Shown here one piece after another: positions 54,318-63,408 of a stretch of DNA of 64,000 bases. The stretch lies in the IMG/VR virus record IMGVR_UViG_3300037361_000044, positions 32,001 to 96,000 of that record. One strand, 5' to 3'. A model generated the notes under the pieces. The model saw only the letters and a list, made by a program, of their open reading frames with translations, ran no database searches and was not told where the DNA came from. Made by a program: the position numbers and the translations under genes. How positions within the stretch are numbered: position 1 is the first letter of the stretch; the number at the start of each line of letters is the position of its first letter. The stretch comes from a virus (lineage: Duplodnaviria > Caudoviricetes).

Positions 54318-54845
54318 CTAGTTCAGTAGCGCCTTTAGTTCCTTCTGTGCGTGCAGTGCTCTGCCTGCAGAAGAGGCAGCTACGCGTAGCGCAGGCTGCA
54401 CTTGGTCAATGCGCTCTGCAAGTTGCTGGTTTTGCGCCTCCAGTCGGGCAATCGTGGCTTGAAACTCCGCGGTGGACACCGTGTTTTCCAGGGTTGACCT
54501 GATGATCTCGTCTAGTATGGCTTCTTGGAAGTCTACTGCAGTCGGTGAGTTTGATAGGGTGGCAAAGCGGATGGCGTCGCGCAGGGTCACCAGTCGCATG
54601 TCTCCTCTTACGTACTTTACGCCGAAGGCGTCTTTGTGGTCCTTTAGAAACTGAATTGCGTGTCTATCTGCAACGCTAACGGTGTCGAAACGGTGTTGGT
54701 AGCGTGAGTGGATCAGACGGAGGGCATTGTCTGTGGTACCAAGCGCCACCGCTACAACGTGTCTTGTGGTCAATCTTTCGCCGTTGGCCGTTTTGAGCAT
54801 GGGCAGCGATGGGCCGTTTGGTATGTGCACTATAACTTTCTGCAT
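54318..54845 (-). CDS. antirepressor-like (ORF6N/Bro-N-type) DNA-binding protein
   Basis: LTTRHVVAVALGT...LSNSPTAVDF, coiled coil; class A promoter core at 54885-54892. Confidence 0.65.
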   Translation of the reverse strand: MQKVIVHIPNGPSLPMLKTANGERLTTRHVVAVALGTTDNALRLIHSRYQHRFDTVSVADRHAIQFLKDHKDAFGVKYVRGDMRLVTLRDAIRFATLSNSPTAVDFQEAILDEIIRSTLENTVSTAEFQATIARLEAQNQQLAERIDQVQPALRVAASSAGRALHAQKELKALLN

Positions 54846-54913
54846 CTGTACTTTCTGGTAGGACGGGCTGGTGTCCTCATAGTCCTTATTCCCTGTTCTA
54901 TTGTGGATTACAT

Positions 54914-54950
54914 GGCTAAGAAAGAAGCCAACTTGGTAGTTGGTTCTTTC
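54914..54950 (-). terminator. intrinsic terminator
   Basis: GAAAGAACCAACT...AGTTGGCTTCTTTC plus TTAGCC. Confidence 0.7.
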
Positions 54951-54956
54951 CCCACA

Positions 54957-55709
54957 CTACGCGCAGTACGTAGCGTAGTAGTCGTTGCAGCCCTCCTCTG
55001 TAGGGCCCAGGAAGTTGGGATCGAGTGGCACCCCATCACTCCCTATCCTGCGGCAGAACACCTCACTGTTGGAGTTTCTGCACATTAGCGTAGACCCGTC
55101 AACTGCCGCGTGGCAGCTGCTCGTTGAGGCCAACCACAAGTCTCTGCAAGTAACGGAACCCCAGACAAAGGTGGAGCCACCAGTGCCTGAGCTACCACCA
55201 GCCGTGCTTGTGCCGCCTGCGGCAGTGGTGCCACCGGTGCTCTGCGCACCGCCAGTAGCCGTGGTTTGCACCGAGGTGCTCCCACCTGTTGCCACCACGC
55301 TGGTCGTAGTTACGACTGTGGTGCCGCCAGCGCTTGTAGTGGTTGAGGTCTTTCCGCCTGTGGCAGTACTTCCGCCGGTACTGGTTGTGGTCGTCCCTCC
55401 TCTGGAGGAAGTGCCACCCGTTGCTGTGGTGCCTCCTGTTGAGGTAGCCCCGCCCGTTGCCGTAGTCGTGCTCGGCGCTGCGCCGCCGGTCGAGGTAGTG
55501 GCTTTCAACGTAGATCCGCCGACTCCTGTGACTTTGCTACTTGATCCACCGGTGGCTACGGTTGAAGCCCCTCCGGGGCTTGTACTGGTAACCTCTGCGG
55601 GCTGCCCAGCCGCCGCCGCCGCGTCAGTGGTACTCTCGAAGGAGCCGACGTCATCGCTACAGGCAGACACTAGAAAAGACATTACAAGCAGGTAGTTCAT
55701 GGTTTTCAT
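54957..55709 (-). CDS. Thr/Gly/Ser-rich lipoprotein with C-terminal Cys domain
   Basis: Lipobox LVSA-C, about 15 (T/A/V)GG repeats, six C-terminal Cys; class A promoter at 55750-55778. Confidence 0.8.
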   Translation of the reverse strand: MKTMNYLLVMSFLVSACSDDVGSFESTTDAAAAAGQPAEVTSTSPGGASTVATGGSSSKVTGVGGSTLKATTSTGGAAPSTTTATGGATSTGGTTATGGTSSRGGTTTTSTGGSTATGGKTSTTTSAGGTTVVTTTSVVATGGSTSVQTTATGGAQSTGGTTAAGGTSTAGGSSGTGGSTFVWGSVTCRDLWLASTSSCHAAVDGSTLMCRNSNSEVFCRRIGSDGVPLDPNFLGPTEEGCNDYYATYCA

Positions 55710-55859
55710 GGCACGGCCTTTCTTCGGGTTGGTTGTTCCCTCTACCTATCTTATTCCCGATTTTGCTTACGGATTGCCCTAAACCTGCAGCAAAGCCAGG
55801 TAAGCCAGCGTCTTCTTTCAACTACTTTCCTGTTGTTCCAGCGTGCTATGCTGGCCTCC

Positions 55860-58800
55860 ATGGCTACTTTCGACCTTCAGGTGTACATTCAGGAGCGGTT
55901 GCGGTCCTTTGACGAGAGCATGGATGTAGCCGCCGGCTCTCCCGTAGACATTCAGGTGATTCAGCCGTTGCTGCGCAGGCTCGGTACCGACCCGTTCACC
56001 GTGGACCTCGCCGTGTTTCTCAGCGACCGCCTGAAGCAGGCGTTTCCGGAGATGGCTACGGACGAAGGCGATGCCATCACTGACTTGCTCATCAAGCCGG
56101 CGCTACTGCTGTGGGATCCTATTGTGCGCGAGATTTTCCGTGTCCGAAGCTGCCAGAGCTTCAAGGACCCTCAGTCTCTCACCACCGACGAGGCCGACGC
56201 GCTGGGTGCCAACTTGTTCAGTGACCGCGAGCGTGGAGACTTTTCCCGCGGGGTGGGTAGGTTGTATTACGCGCAGCCGCGGCAGGTTTCTGTTACCCCC
56301 GTCAACTTCTTCACGTCCCGAAGTGGGCTGCACTTCTTCCCCGACGGGCAGCAGAACATCACGGTCAATGAGATGCTGCTCAACATCTCGGGTAGCCTGT
56401 ACTACTTCGATGTGAATCTCATCGCAGAAGCAGCCGGCACTGCCTACAACATAGAGGCCAACGAGCTCATCAACGTAGCCAACATGGAGGGTACAGTGCA
56501 GGTGAAGAACCTGCGGCGCTTCAGGTCAGGGCAGAAGGAAGAGACCGCTGTTGAGTACATCGACCGCGCGCAACAGGAGCTTACCGAGAGGTCCATGGTC
56601 ACCTTACGTGGCCTAGGCGCGCGCATCCCGAAGGCGTTCCCAGAGGTCACGCGATTGGCCGCCGTGGGCTTTGGCGATCCGGAGATGCAGAGGGACGTCC
56701 TCACTGGCGGCGGGCTTGGTCCCATTGTAGGTGCTGGCTTTGCCGGCTCTACTGTCGTGGATCTGGAGAGAAAGCCGCTCACTCGACGGATGCAGCTGCT
56801 GGACTCTGGGGTGGACTTGTACTCGCTGCTCGATACCGACGCCCTCAGCAGTTACGTCCTTACGGTCTTTGAGGCGTTCTCCTCCTCGCCTTCTGTGCGG
56901 GACTTGACCGTCCAGAGCATTGTAGACAGCACAACCATCGAGGTAGCTGAGCAAGTACTTACCCCCTTCGGTATCGGGAAGTCGTGGATGCTTCGGAAAA
57001 AGGAGCTCACGCTGAGTGGAATTCCAGGTGGCATCTTGTTCCCTGACAGCGCAGCAGGGACCGTGGCTATCCCTGAGGGGGAAGTACATGTGGGAGGACA
57101 TTATGATGTCTCTGTCCGAGGTAGCGACTTCGATACCGCTACCCTGGTGTTGGAGAACGTGAGTGACGCCAGTCCTGCCGCCAGCGGTAGTCTTTTGGCG
57201 TTTTCCTCCGTGGCCGTGGCAACGCTCGCAGACCTGGTACTGGGCATAAACTACGCGGTAGGTGATGCCACCTACGTGGCGCTATCTGAAGCCAAGCAGT
57301 TCGGATTCACTCTGCAGGTGTTGACTGGAGTGAACGCAGGGAACTACCGAGTCATCGATGTGGCGCAGGCGAACGGCACGTCGCCACAGCTGACGCTAGA
57401 CACCAGCACGCCGATACTACCAGGCACCTACAAGTGGCGGCTCGTGGACATTATTGACGTGGACCTCGTGGAGCCGAAGGACACGCGCGTGTCCGGCGGT
57501 GACCTGCAGTCCGTGCAGAACCAGGATGTTCTGTCTACCGCCAGCAGCACAGATCTCATGGCGCTTGGCGTGAGCGTGGAGGATACCCTACGCATCGAAA
57601 GTGGGGCCGATGCCGATGACTATACAGTGAAGGCGCTGCCCGCGTTCAATGCGGTGCAGGTTGATCGCACCATGAAGGCTACCTCTGGCAACCTGAAGTA
57701 CACCATCTTCAAGCCCAATGCCGCAGGTGGTGTGCAGCGTCCCTTCGTGCGAGTTACGAAGCTCGAGTTGCTGGATACGTCGGGGCAGCCTGTGGGCTCG
57801 GTGGTTCCCTACGCGCACCCCGTGGACATCCAGAGCCGGTCCTTTGAGAACCCAGGACGTGGCGTGAAGAAGGACTTGCTAGATGGAAGATTGGGCATAC
57901 TCACCAGCAAGATGCCAACTGGAGGCTTCCCCGTTGGAGGCCAGACGTTAGTATTTCACTTCTTCGCGTCGGATCTGACTACACCCGCTTACTCGGACAT
58001 GACTGTGACGTTCTCGGCTGGGGACAAGAACTATGCGCAGGTGGTGACTGAGGTGAATGCCGTGGCCGCATTCCACATAGGGGCGACGGCGGTCATGGCT
58101 GTGTCTGTGTTCGACGGTGACGCGTACAGGGTTGGAATAGTGCCGGTGGCTCCGTTGGTTACGGTGTCTGGAGGCACCTCCATGACTGGTCTGTTCGGCA
58201 GCACAGCTGAGAGGTCCACGCGGGACATCTGCAGTGATTCTTTGCCGTCAGTAGGCTGGTTATCCGTCACGCCCAGCATTGACCAGGATGACCTTGATGC
58301 GGTGCAGGTGCTCGATGGTACGCAGATTGGAAGCTATGGCTCACTGCGCGTGGAACTCACTGCTCCGTCTTTGTTGGTGGCCGGGTCTACCTCGTACTCC
58401 ACCGATCCACCGGCGTTTGCCCCCGAGGTTGGCCGGCACATTCAGGTTGGTGCTCGCTCCATTGGCAGCGTGCGTTGCTTCTTCCTGGAGCCCACCAGCA
58501 TCGAGTTTGGTAGGCTCGCATTCTTCACGGCCACCTTGGCCGATGGCGCCGTGGTGCGATTCCGCCCAGATCCGACACTGGACTTCGTCAAGTTGCCAGC
58601 GTACCCGGCAACCGCACTGATCAAGGATGGCTCCAGTACGGCTGGCCTCAAGACCTTCACGTCAGCGTCGCAGAACTACGTGCTGAGTAGTGTGGTGGAG
58701 GGAGACCTGCTGGACATCCTCTACATCCCGATCATAGGCGCTGTAGCGCTTGGAAGCTCCACGGTTACCTCGGTGGCTGTGGCGAACAAGCAGCTTGTCT

Positions 58801-59861
58801 TGTCCATTGATGGCAGGGCAGACCAGACCATCACGTTTGCGAATGACTCTTCAAGCATTGCGTCCACGCATGTGACCCGCGATGGTGTCGTCTCCCAAAT
58901 CAACAACGCGGTAGGGAGGGCAGTAGCCAAGCTCAACAGCGCGTATCACCTTGAGTTGGAGGGCGATGTAGCCATCTTCGTCAGGGGCTCTGTGGCGCCC
59001 ACCTCAGCAAATTCCGTGTTGGGGTTTGGCGACAACGACCAAGATAACGCATCGTCGAATGCCGATACGTACACAATCGTCGCGGTAGATGCCGACGTGC
59101 TTACACTGCACACGGCCACCCCGGTTACGGAGACCAGGGAGTCTTACGTTGTGCGCAGACCAGGTACGCAGCGCATCTGCTCTACGCAGATGGCCAAGCA
59201 GACGTCCACTGCCGGCTTGTATTACTGCGACGTGGAGTTGGTGAGCGAAGGCACTGGTGACATCTTCAACATCGACAGTTCGTTGCAGCTGACAGCAACG
59301 GGGTACCGAAGCGACGGCTACTACCTGACGACAAGAGACGCCAACCTGGCCTTCTCCACCGTGGAGCAACTATCCCTGCACGTTTCTCGGTCCATACTCG
59401 AGGTGGGTGTGGCGGACGACCCGGCAAACGCCACCCAGCTCACTGGTCAAAACCTCGAGCTCGCGTACGACAGGTCCACGCTGGTCGCTGACGTGCAGAA
59501 CTTCGCTACCAGCGAGACGGAGCGCGTGGTGTGCTCCAACCCGCTGTCTAGGCACTTAGTTCCACACTTTGTGCGGTTCGACTTCGAATACGTCGGTGGG
59601 TCCAGCGCTGACATAGTGACCGCGGACATGGTCACGTACATCAAGGATCTGTTCCCGCAGGACTACCTCGAGGTTGGGGACTTGACGAACTTGGCGTACC
59701 AGCGAGGGGCCACTGGTGTGTCAAATCCCATCGACCTGATTGCCATCGTGCACAACTACGACCGCACGGTGTGGGCGCAGCGCTCTCAGAACGCGCTCAA
59801 CACCGGAAGGCTGGCAGCCTTCATCTCAGACGTCATCAACGTGAACCGCCGTTCGGGTTGA
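55860..59861 (+). CDS. large baseplate J-like / baseplate wedge protein
   Basis: 1333 aa; N-terminal LGANLF..R..G.F, A..AGTAYNI, G...ET..EY..R are baseplate J-like; leaderless after TGCTATGCT. Confidence 0.75.
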   Translation: MATFDLQVYIQERLRSFDESMDVAAGSPVDIQVIQPLLRRLGTDPFTVDLAVFLSDRLKQAFPEMATDEGDAITDLLIKPALLLWDPIVREIFRVRSCQSFKDPQSLTTDEADALGANLFSDRERGDFSRGVGRLYYAQPRQVSVTPVNFFTSRSGLHFFPDGQQNITVNEMLLNISGSLYYFDVNLIAEAAGTAYNIEANELINVANMEGTVQVKNLRRFRSGQKEETAVEYIDRAQQELTERSMVTLRGLGARIPKAFPEVTRLAAVGFGDPEMQRDVLTGGGLGPIVGAGFAGSTVVDLERKPLTRRMQLLDSGVDLYSLLDTDALSSYVLTVFEAFSSSPSVRDLTVQSIVDSTTIEVAEQVLTPFGIGKSWMLRKKELTLSGIPGGILFPDSAAGTVAIPEGEVHVGGHYDVSVRGSDFDTATLVLENVSDASPAASGSLLAFSSVAVATLADLVLGINYAVGDATYVALSEAKQFGFTLQVLTGVNAGNYRVIDVAQANGTSPQLTLDTSTPILPGTYKWRLVDIIDVDLVEPKDTRVSGGDLQSVQNQDVLSTASSTDLMALGVSVEDTLRIESGADADDYTVKALPAFNAVQVDRTMKATSGNLKYTIFKPNAAGGVQRPFVRVTKLELLDTSGQPVGSVVPYAHPVDIQSRSFENPGRGVKKDLLDGRLGILTSKMPTGGFPVGGQTLVFHFFASDLTTPAYSDMTVTFSAGDKNYAQVVTEVNAVAAFHIGATAVMAVSVFDGDAYRVGIVPVAPLVTVSGGTSMTGLFGSTAERSTRDICSDSLPSVGWLSVTPSIDQDDLDAVQVLDGTQIGSYGSLRVELTAPSLLVAGSTSYSTDPPAFAPEVGRHIQVGARSIGSVRCFFLEPTSIEFGRLAFFTATLADGAVVRFRPDPTLDFVKLPAYPATALIKDGSSTAGLKTFTSASQNYVLSSVVEGDLLDILYIPIIGAVALGSSTVTSVAVANKQLVLSIDGRADQTITFANDSSSIASTHVTRDGVVSQINNAVGRAVAKLNSAYHLELEGDVAIFVRGSVAPTSANSVLGFGDNDQDNASSNADTYTIVAVDADVLTLHTATPVTETRESYVVRRPGTQRICSTQMAKQTSTAGLYYCDVELVSEGTGDIFNIDSSLQLTATGYRSDGYYLTTRDANLAFSTVEQLSLHVSRSILEVGVADDPANATQLTGQNLELAYDRSTLVADVQNFATSETERVVCSNPLSRHLVPHFVRFDFEYVGGSSADIVTADMVTYIKDLFPQDYLEVGDLTNLAYQRGATGVSNPIDLIAIVHNYDRTVWAQRSQNALNTGRLAAFISDVINVNRRSG

Positions 59862-60189
59862 TAATGGGCACGTCACCATGAACCGCCTTGTTGGGGTCCC
59901 CTAGTTCGACGATCATCCCGTCAAAGGGGTTCATGGTGAAACCGCAGGCATGGCACTTCAGCAGGTTGCGCGGGACCAGCCAGTTGCTGTCGGCGAAGGC
60001 GAACTTGGTGCCACCGTAGCTCTGCTCCATGGTGGTGCCGCACCCGTTCTTGCAGAACTTGTGCTGGCGGTACAGGGCGTCGGCCTTGGCTTTCTCTCCC
60101 GTTAGGACGTCGGGGATACCCTCGATGGCCTTCCGTGCTAGTTCTGGATCCAGCGTCTGAAATCCGATAGGGATACCTCGTTCGGCCAT
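59836..60189 (-). CDS. zinc-ribbon protein
   Basis: CKNGC...CHACG; TACACT -10 element 6 nt before ATG. Confidence 0.65.
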   Translation of the reverse strand: MAERGIPIGFQTLDPELARKAIEGIPDVLTGEKAKADALYRQHKFCKNGCGTTMEQSYGGTKFAFADSNWLVPRNLLKCHACGFTMNPFDGMIVELGDPNKAVHGDVPIINPNGGSR

Positions 60190-60293
60190 TTCCCCAGTGT
60201 AGTGGCAGGAAATATCCGCCGCAAGTGAGGCTTTTGGGTCGAAGGCCCAGCTTCCTGGTACAATCGGAACGGACGCACCCTGGAAGGCACAGC

Positions 60294-63200
60294 ATGGCAG
60301 CTACCGCGCTCATCAAGTTCACGCAGAATACCAACGTAGGCGCAGACGGGCAGGCCCTTCTGGGTGTGCTTTCGGTGGCCGTCAACCTTTCCAACGTCGA
60401 CAACACCGGTGTGCGATCTTGGCAGGTGGAGCTTGTAGCAGCAGCCACAGACAGCTCTTTGGCGCTGGATGTGCTTGCCTACTCGGACAATAGCTCCACG
60501 CCAGCCGCTAACTTCACCCCCGACACCAGGGGGAGCTACAGGCTCGTCCTGAAGGTGTGGGATGCCATCAACAGGGTTGGTGACCCTACCAGTGTGGACA
60601 TTCGTGTCTTTGCCGTGCCCGAGGTGAATGGGTTCGTAACTCCACCTCCTCAAGTGTGGCCGCAGCCACTGCCAGACCCGCGCTCTGGAGAGACCACATC
60701 CAGGCCAAACGAGCTGAACTTCTCCGGTCAGGGCAATGGCTGGGCCGGTGCCGGAGCTGGTGACGGGCTTTTGAACCAGCTGGTGAAGAAGGTGGATGCC
60801 CTGTCCGCTTTCGATCCGTCCTCGCTCGTTACGCCACCAGACCCAGATACGGCCGGTGCCTTCGAAAAGCTAACTGCCGTGGGGTTCCATCGTCCCGTGG
60901 CCACTGTCTACTTCCAAGACGCCGTGTGGGTGCTAGAGGCTGGTGACTGCCGTAAGCAGGCCAGGCCTAGCCTAACCAGATTGGACTTGGCTACGCGCCG
61001 CCCAGACTTATCGGTCAGTTCTCCATCGGACGTAGAGGAGTGGCTGAACGTAGCTGCAGACGCTTCGAACAGGCTGTGGGTTGTCGGCGACCACATGCGT
61101 GGGATCAGAAGGTTTATGCGGTACATCGACTTCTCGGTGTCTCCGCCGGCGGTGAGCGCTTTGATTGATTGCGGGGCGCCTCCTTCGACCAGCGTCTCCC
61201 AATCGGCTTCAGTACCACCAGCAGCCCCGTTATCGTTTGACGGCACACGCATGTGGACTGTGCTACTTGACAGGGCAGTAGGTGTAGGCCAATACGGGGT
61301 GGAGCTGAGTGCTAGCCCCAGCACAGGCCCTACTTATATTTATGCCGACGCTACGGAGAGGGCTGCTGCTCTTTCTATGTTTGTTGCCGCAGACGCCGGC
61401 AGTGTAGCCTTGCAGACAGATGACTCAACCTACTGGATTTTGGAGTACTCGGATCCAACATTCAGTTGGAGCAGTATCACAGCACTCGGCTACCAAGGTG
61501 CCCGCAACGCCCACCCGCAGTGGGTAGTCTGTGACGAAGACACCACACACTACACGGATACGGCGCCACGAGTCTGGGTGCTGAGCTCGTCAGACGACCC
61601 TCTGTACAGCGGCGTAACTTCGGTGCTGGATAGGCTCTCCGCAGCTGGTACTTTGGATGCCACACGTAAGTGGGGTGATTCTATACCGCACCAGCTTTTG
61701 GTCGGTGGGGCGCATTTATACGTGCTACTTGAGCGCGCCGTTTCGAACCAGATTCAGCGGTTGGTTCCAGACACGTTGGTAGTGGCAGGATCCGGGTTCC
61801 CCAACACCGGCGTACGTCCTTTATCTTTTGCTTACAACGCCGCAAGTCTTTCACTAGCAGTGTTGGGGCTGCGCGCGTCTTGCTCTGGTTCCCTGTATTG
61901 TGCTGCCACCTTACCGGCTACGGCGTTGACTCCAGTAGTTGTTGGGAACCTGGCGTCCACCGTCGCAAGTGGACTAGAGCCATTGCTAGTGAATGTACTC
62001 CCCATACCCTCTGGTGTGCGTTGCTTTTACCCCACGGGTGCAGATGGCAGGTCTCTGTATCAGGTGGCTTCGGTTTCAGGAAGCATTGTATTCACAGCAT
62101 TCTCCAGACGCGGCCTTGGGTACGTACCGACGTCAGTAGATGTGCCTCCACCAGTGTCTACGTTATACGTGCAGCCATCTGCCACAATGGTGGCGCCACC
62201 ATCTCTGCAGGACGGATCCTCCGCAAGGCCGTTTACCGACCTTCAAAGCGCCTTGGATGTAGTGAATACAAACACGGATGCTTCTGTCATAGCCTGGAGG
62301 ATTTGCCTGGCTGCTGGAGACTACTCGGGGTCGTACGCGCTAGCCCCAGCTTCCAAGTCTGCCAGTGATGTCTGGATCACCATAGACGGAGTGCCTGGAA
62401 ACATGGGGCACACGACCATTCATGGTTCTCTGAACGTGGTAACCACGCGCCTAGGCGGCAGGTGCTCGTACGCAATCAACAACGTGCGGATGTACAACGG
62501 CATCGTTCTGACTAAGAGCGTGGCAGGGGTAAGCCATGGCGTGGCGCTGGAGCTTCGAGACTCTTCGTGCAGCGCCATTACAGCGGACGGCTTAGACGCG
62601 TCGGACACCCTGGACCTATTCATTAGAGGCACAGGTCTCTACTCGGACGCAGACACCGCGAACACGTACTACACCAGTCAGGTGGGCGCGATTTCTTGTG
62701 CAAACGCCACCTGCTCGGTGTACACAGACGGAGCCAACCTGCTTGACTCCTGCGTGGTACTGGGTAAGGGCGTTTTCAGAAACACGGACCTGGCGAGTGG
62801 CGTAAGCTTGACAGCCAGCGCCCTAAAGCTGCTGGACTCGGGCCATAGCGTTGCTGCTGGCAGTGGGATTCTCACCGCTACAGGCCCCTCGAAGGCCATC
62901 GAGATGGATTCCGCCTCCTTTGCTCGGGTGCTCAAGTTTGGCACAGAGCTAGCTGCGTTGTCTCATCTGTTGTCCGTAGGTGGCGGAGAGTTCATGTACG
63001 AGTTTCCAGTGGTGGAGACCGCCGCCGACACAGCGGACCAAGTACTGTTCTCTCAGGATCTGCAGCACTGGCCTAGCGGTATTGTGGTTGCCGTGCGAGC
63101 GGTGGTCACCGTCTACAACAAAAGTACGTTGACCGACCATGGCTACTTCGAACGTGTAGCCGTCTTTGACAGGCGCACAGCTGGCGTGACCTTGGTCAAA

Positions 63201-63377
63201 GAGGGGGATACTCTTTACTCGGCTGGGCCATCAGTAGACATGTCCTCAGCGCATTCCGTGCGCTTTTCTGTGGTAGGTACATCGGCGTCCTTGCTGTGTA
63301 CGCCTTCTTCGTCTACTTCTGACCACAACAACAGCTGGAAGGTTGCTGCCTACTTCTCGGTGCACAAGGCGTCCTAA
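60294..63377 (+). CDS. putative tail fibre / receptor-binding protein
   Basis: 1027 aa; PKD-like FTPD..GSY, beta-propeller-like middle, DGSSARPF..LQSALD beta-helix entry; TGGTACAAT -10 element. Confidence 0.7.
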   Translation: MAATALIKFTQNTNVGADGQALLGVLSVAVNLSNVDNTGVRSWQVELVAAATDSSLALDVLAYSDNSSTPAANFTPDTRGSYRLVLKVWDAINRVGDPTSVDIRVFAVPEVNGFVTPPPQVWPQPLPDPRSGETTSRPNELNFSGQGNGWAGAGAGDGLLNQLVKKVDALSAFDPSSLVTPPDPDTAGAFEKLTAVGFHRPVATVYFQDAVWVLEAGDCRKQARPSLTRLDLATRRPDLSVSSPSDVEEWLNVAADASNRLWVVGDHMRGIRRFMRYIDFSVSPPAVSALIDCGAPPSTSVSQSASVPPAAPLSFDGTRMWTVLLDRAVGVGQYGVELSASPSTGPTYIYADATERAAALSMFVAADAGSVALQTDDSTYWILEYSDPTFSWSSITALGYQGARNAHPQWVVCDEDTTHYTDTAPRVWVLSSSDDPLYSGVTSVLDRLSAAGTLDATRKWGDSIPHQLLVGGAHLYVLLERAVSNQIQRLVPDTLVVAGSGFPNTGVRPLSFAYNAASLSLAVLGLRASCSGSLYCAATLPATALTPVVVGNLASTVASGLEPLLVNVLPIPSGVRCFYPTGADGRSLYQVASVSGSIVFTAFSRRGLGYVPTSVDVPPPVSTLYVQPSATMVAPPSLQDGSSARPFTDLQSALDVVNTNTDASVIAWRICLAAGDYSGSYALAPASKSASDVWITIDGVPGNMGHTTIHGSLNVVTTRLGGRCSYAINNVRMYNGIVLTKSVAGVSHGVALELRDSSCSAITADGLDASDTLDLFIRGTGLYSDADTANTYYTSQVGAISCANATCSVYTDGANLLDSCVVLGKGVFRNTDLASGVSLTASALKLLDSGHSVAAGSGILTATGPSKAIEMDSASFARVLKFGTELAALSHLLSVGGGEFMYEFPVVETAADTADQVLFSQDLQHWPSGIVVAVRAVVTVYNKSTLTDHGYFERVAVFDRRTAGVTLVKEGDTLYSAGPSVDMSSAHSVRFSVVGTSASLLCTPSSSTSDHNNSWKVAAYFSVHKAS

Positions 63378-63408
63378 TCATGATCGAACTGCAGAATAGA
63401 GGTGTCTT

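Noticed and set aside
55180-55600. DNA-level repeat array
   Set aside because: The repetition is only the degenerate Thr/Gly codon pattern of the lipoprotein stalk
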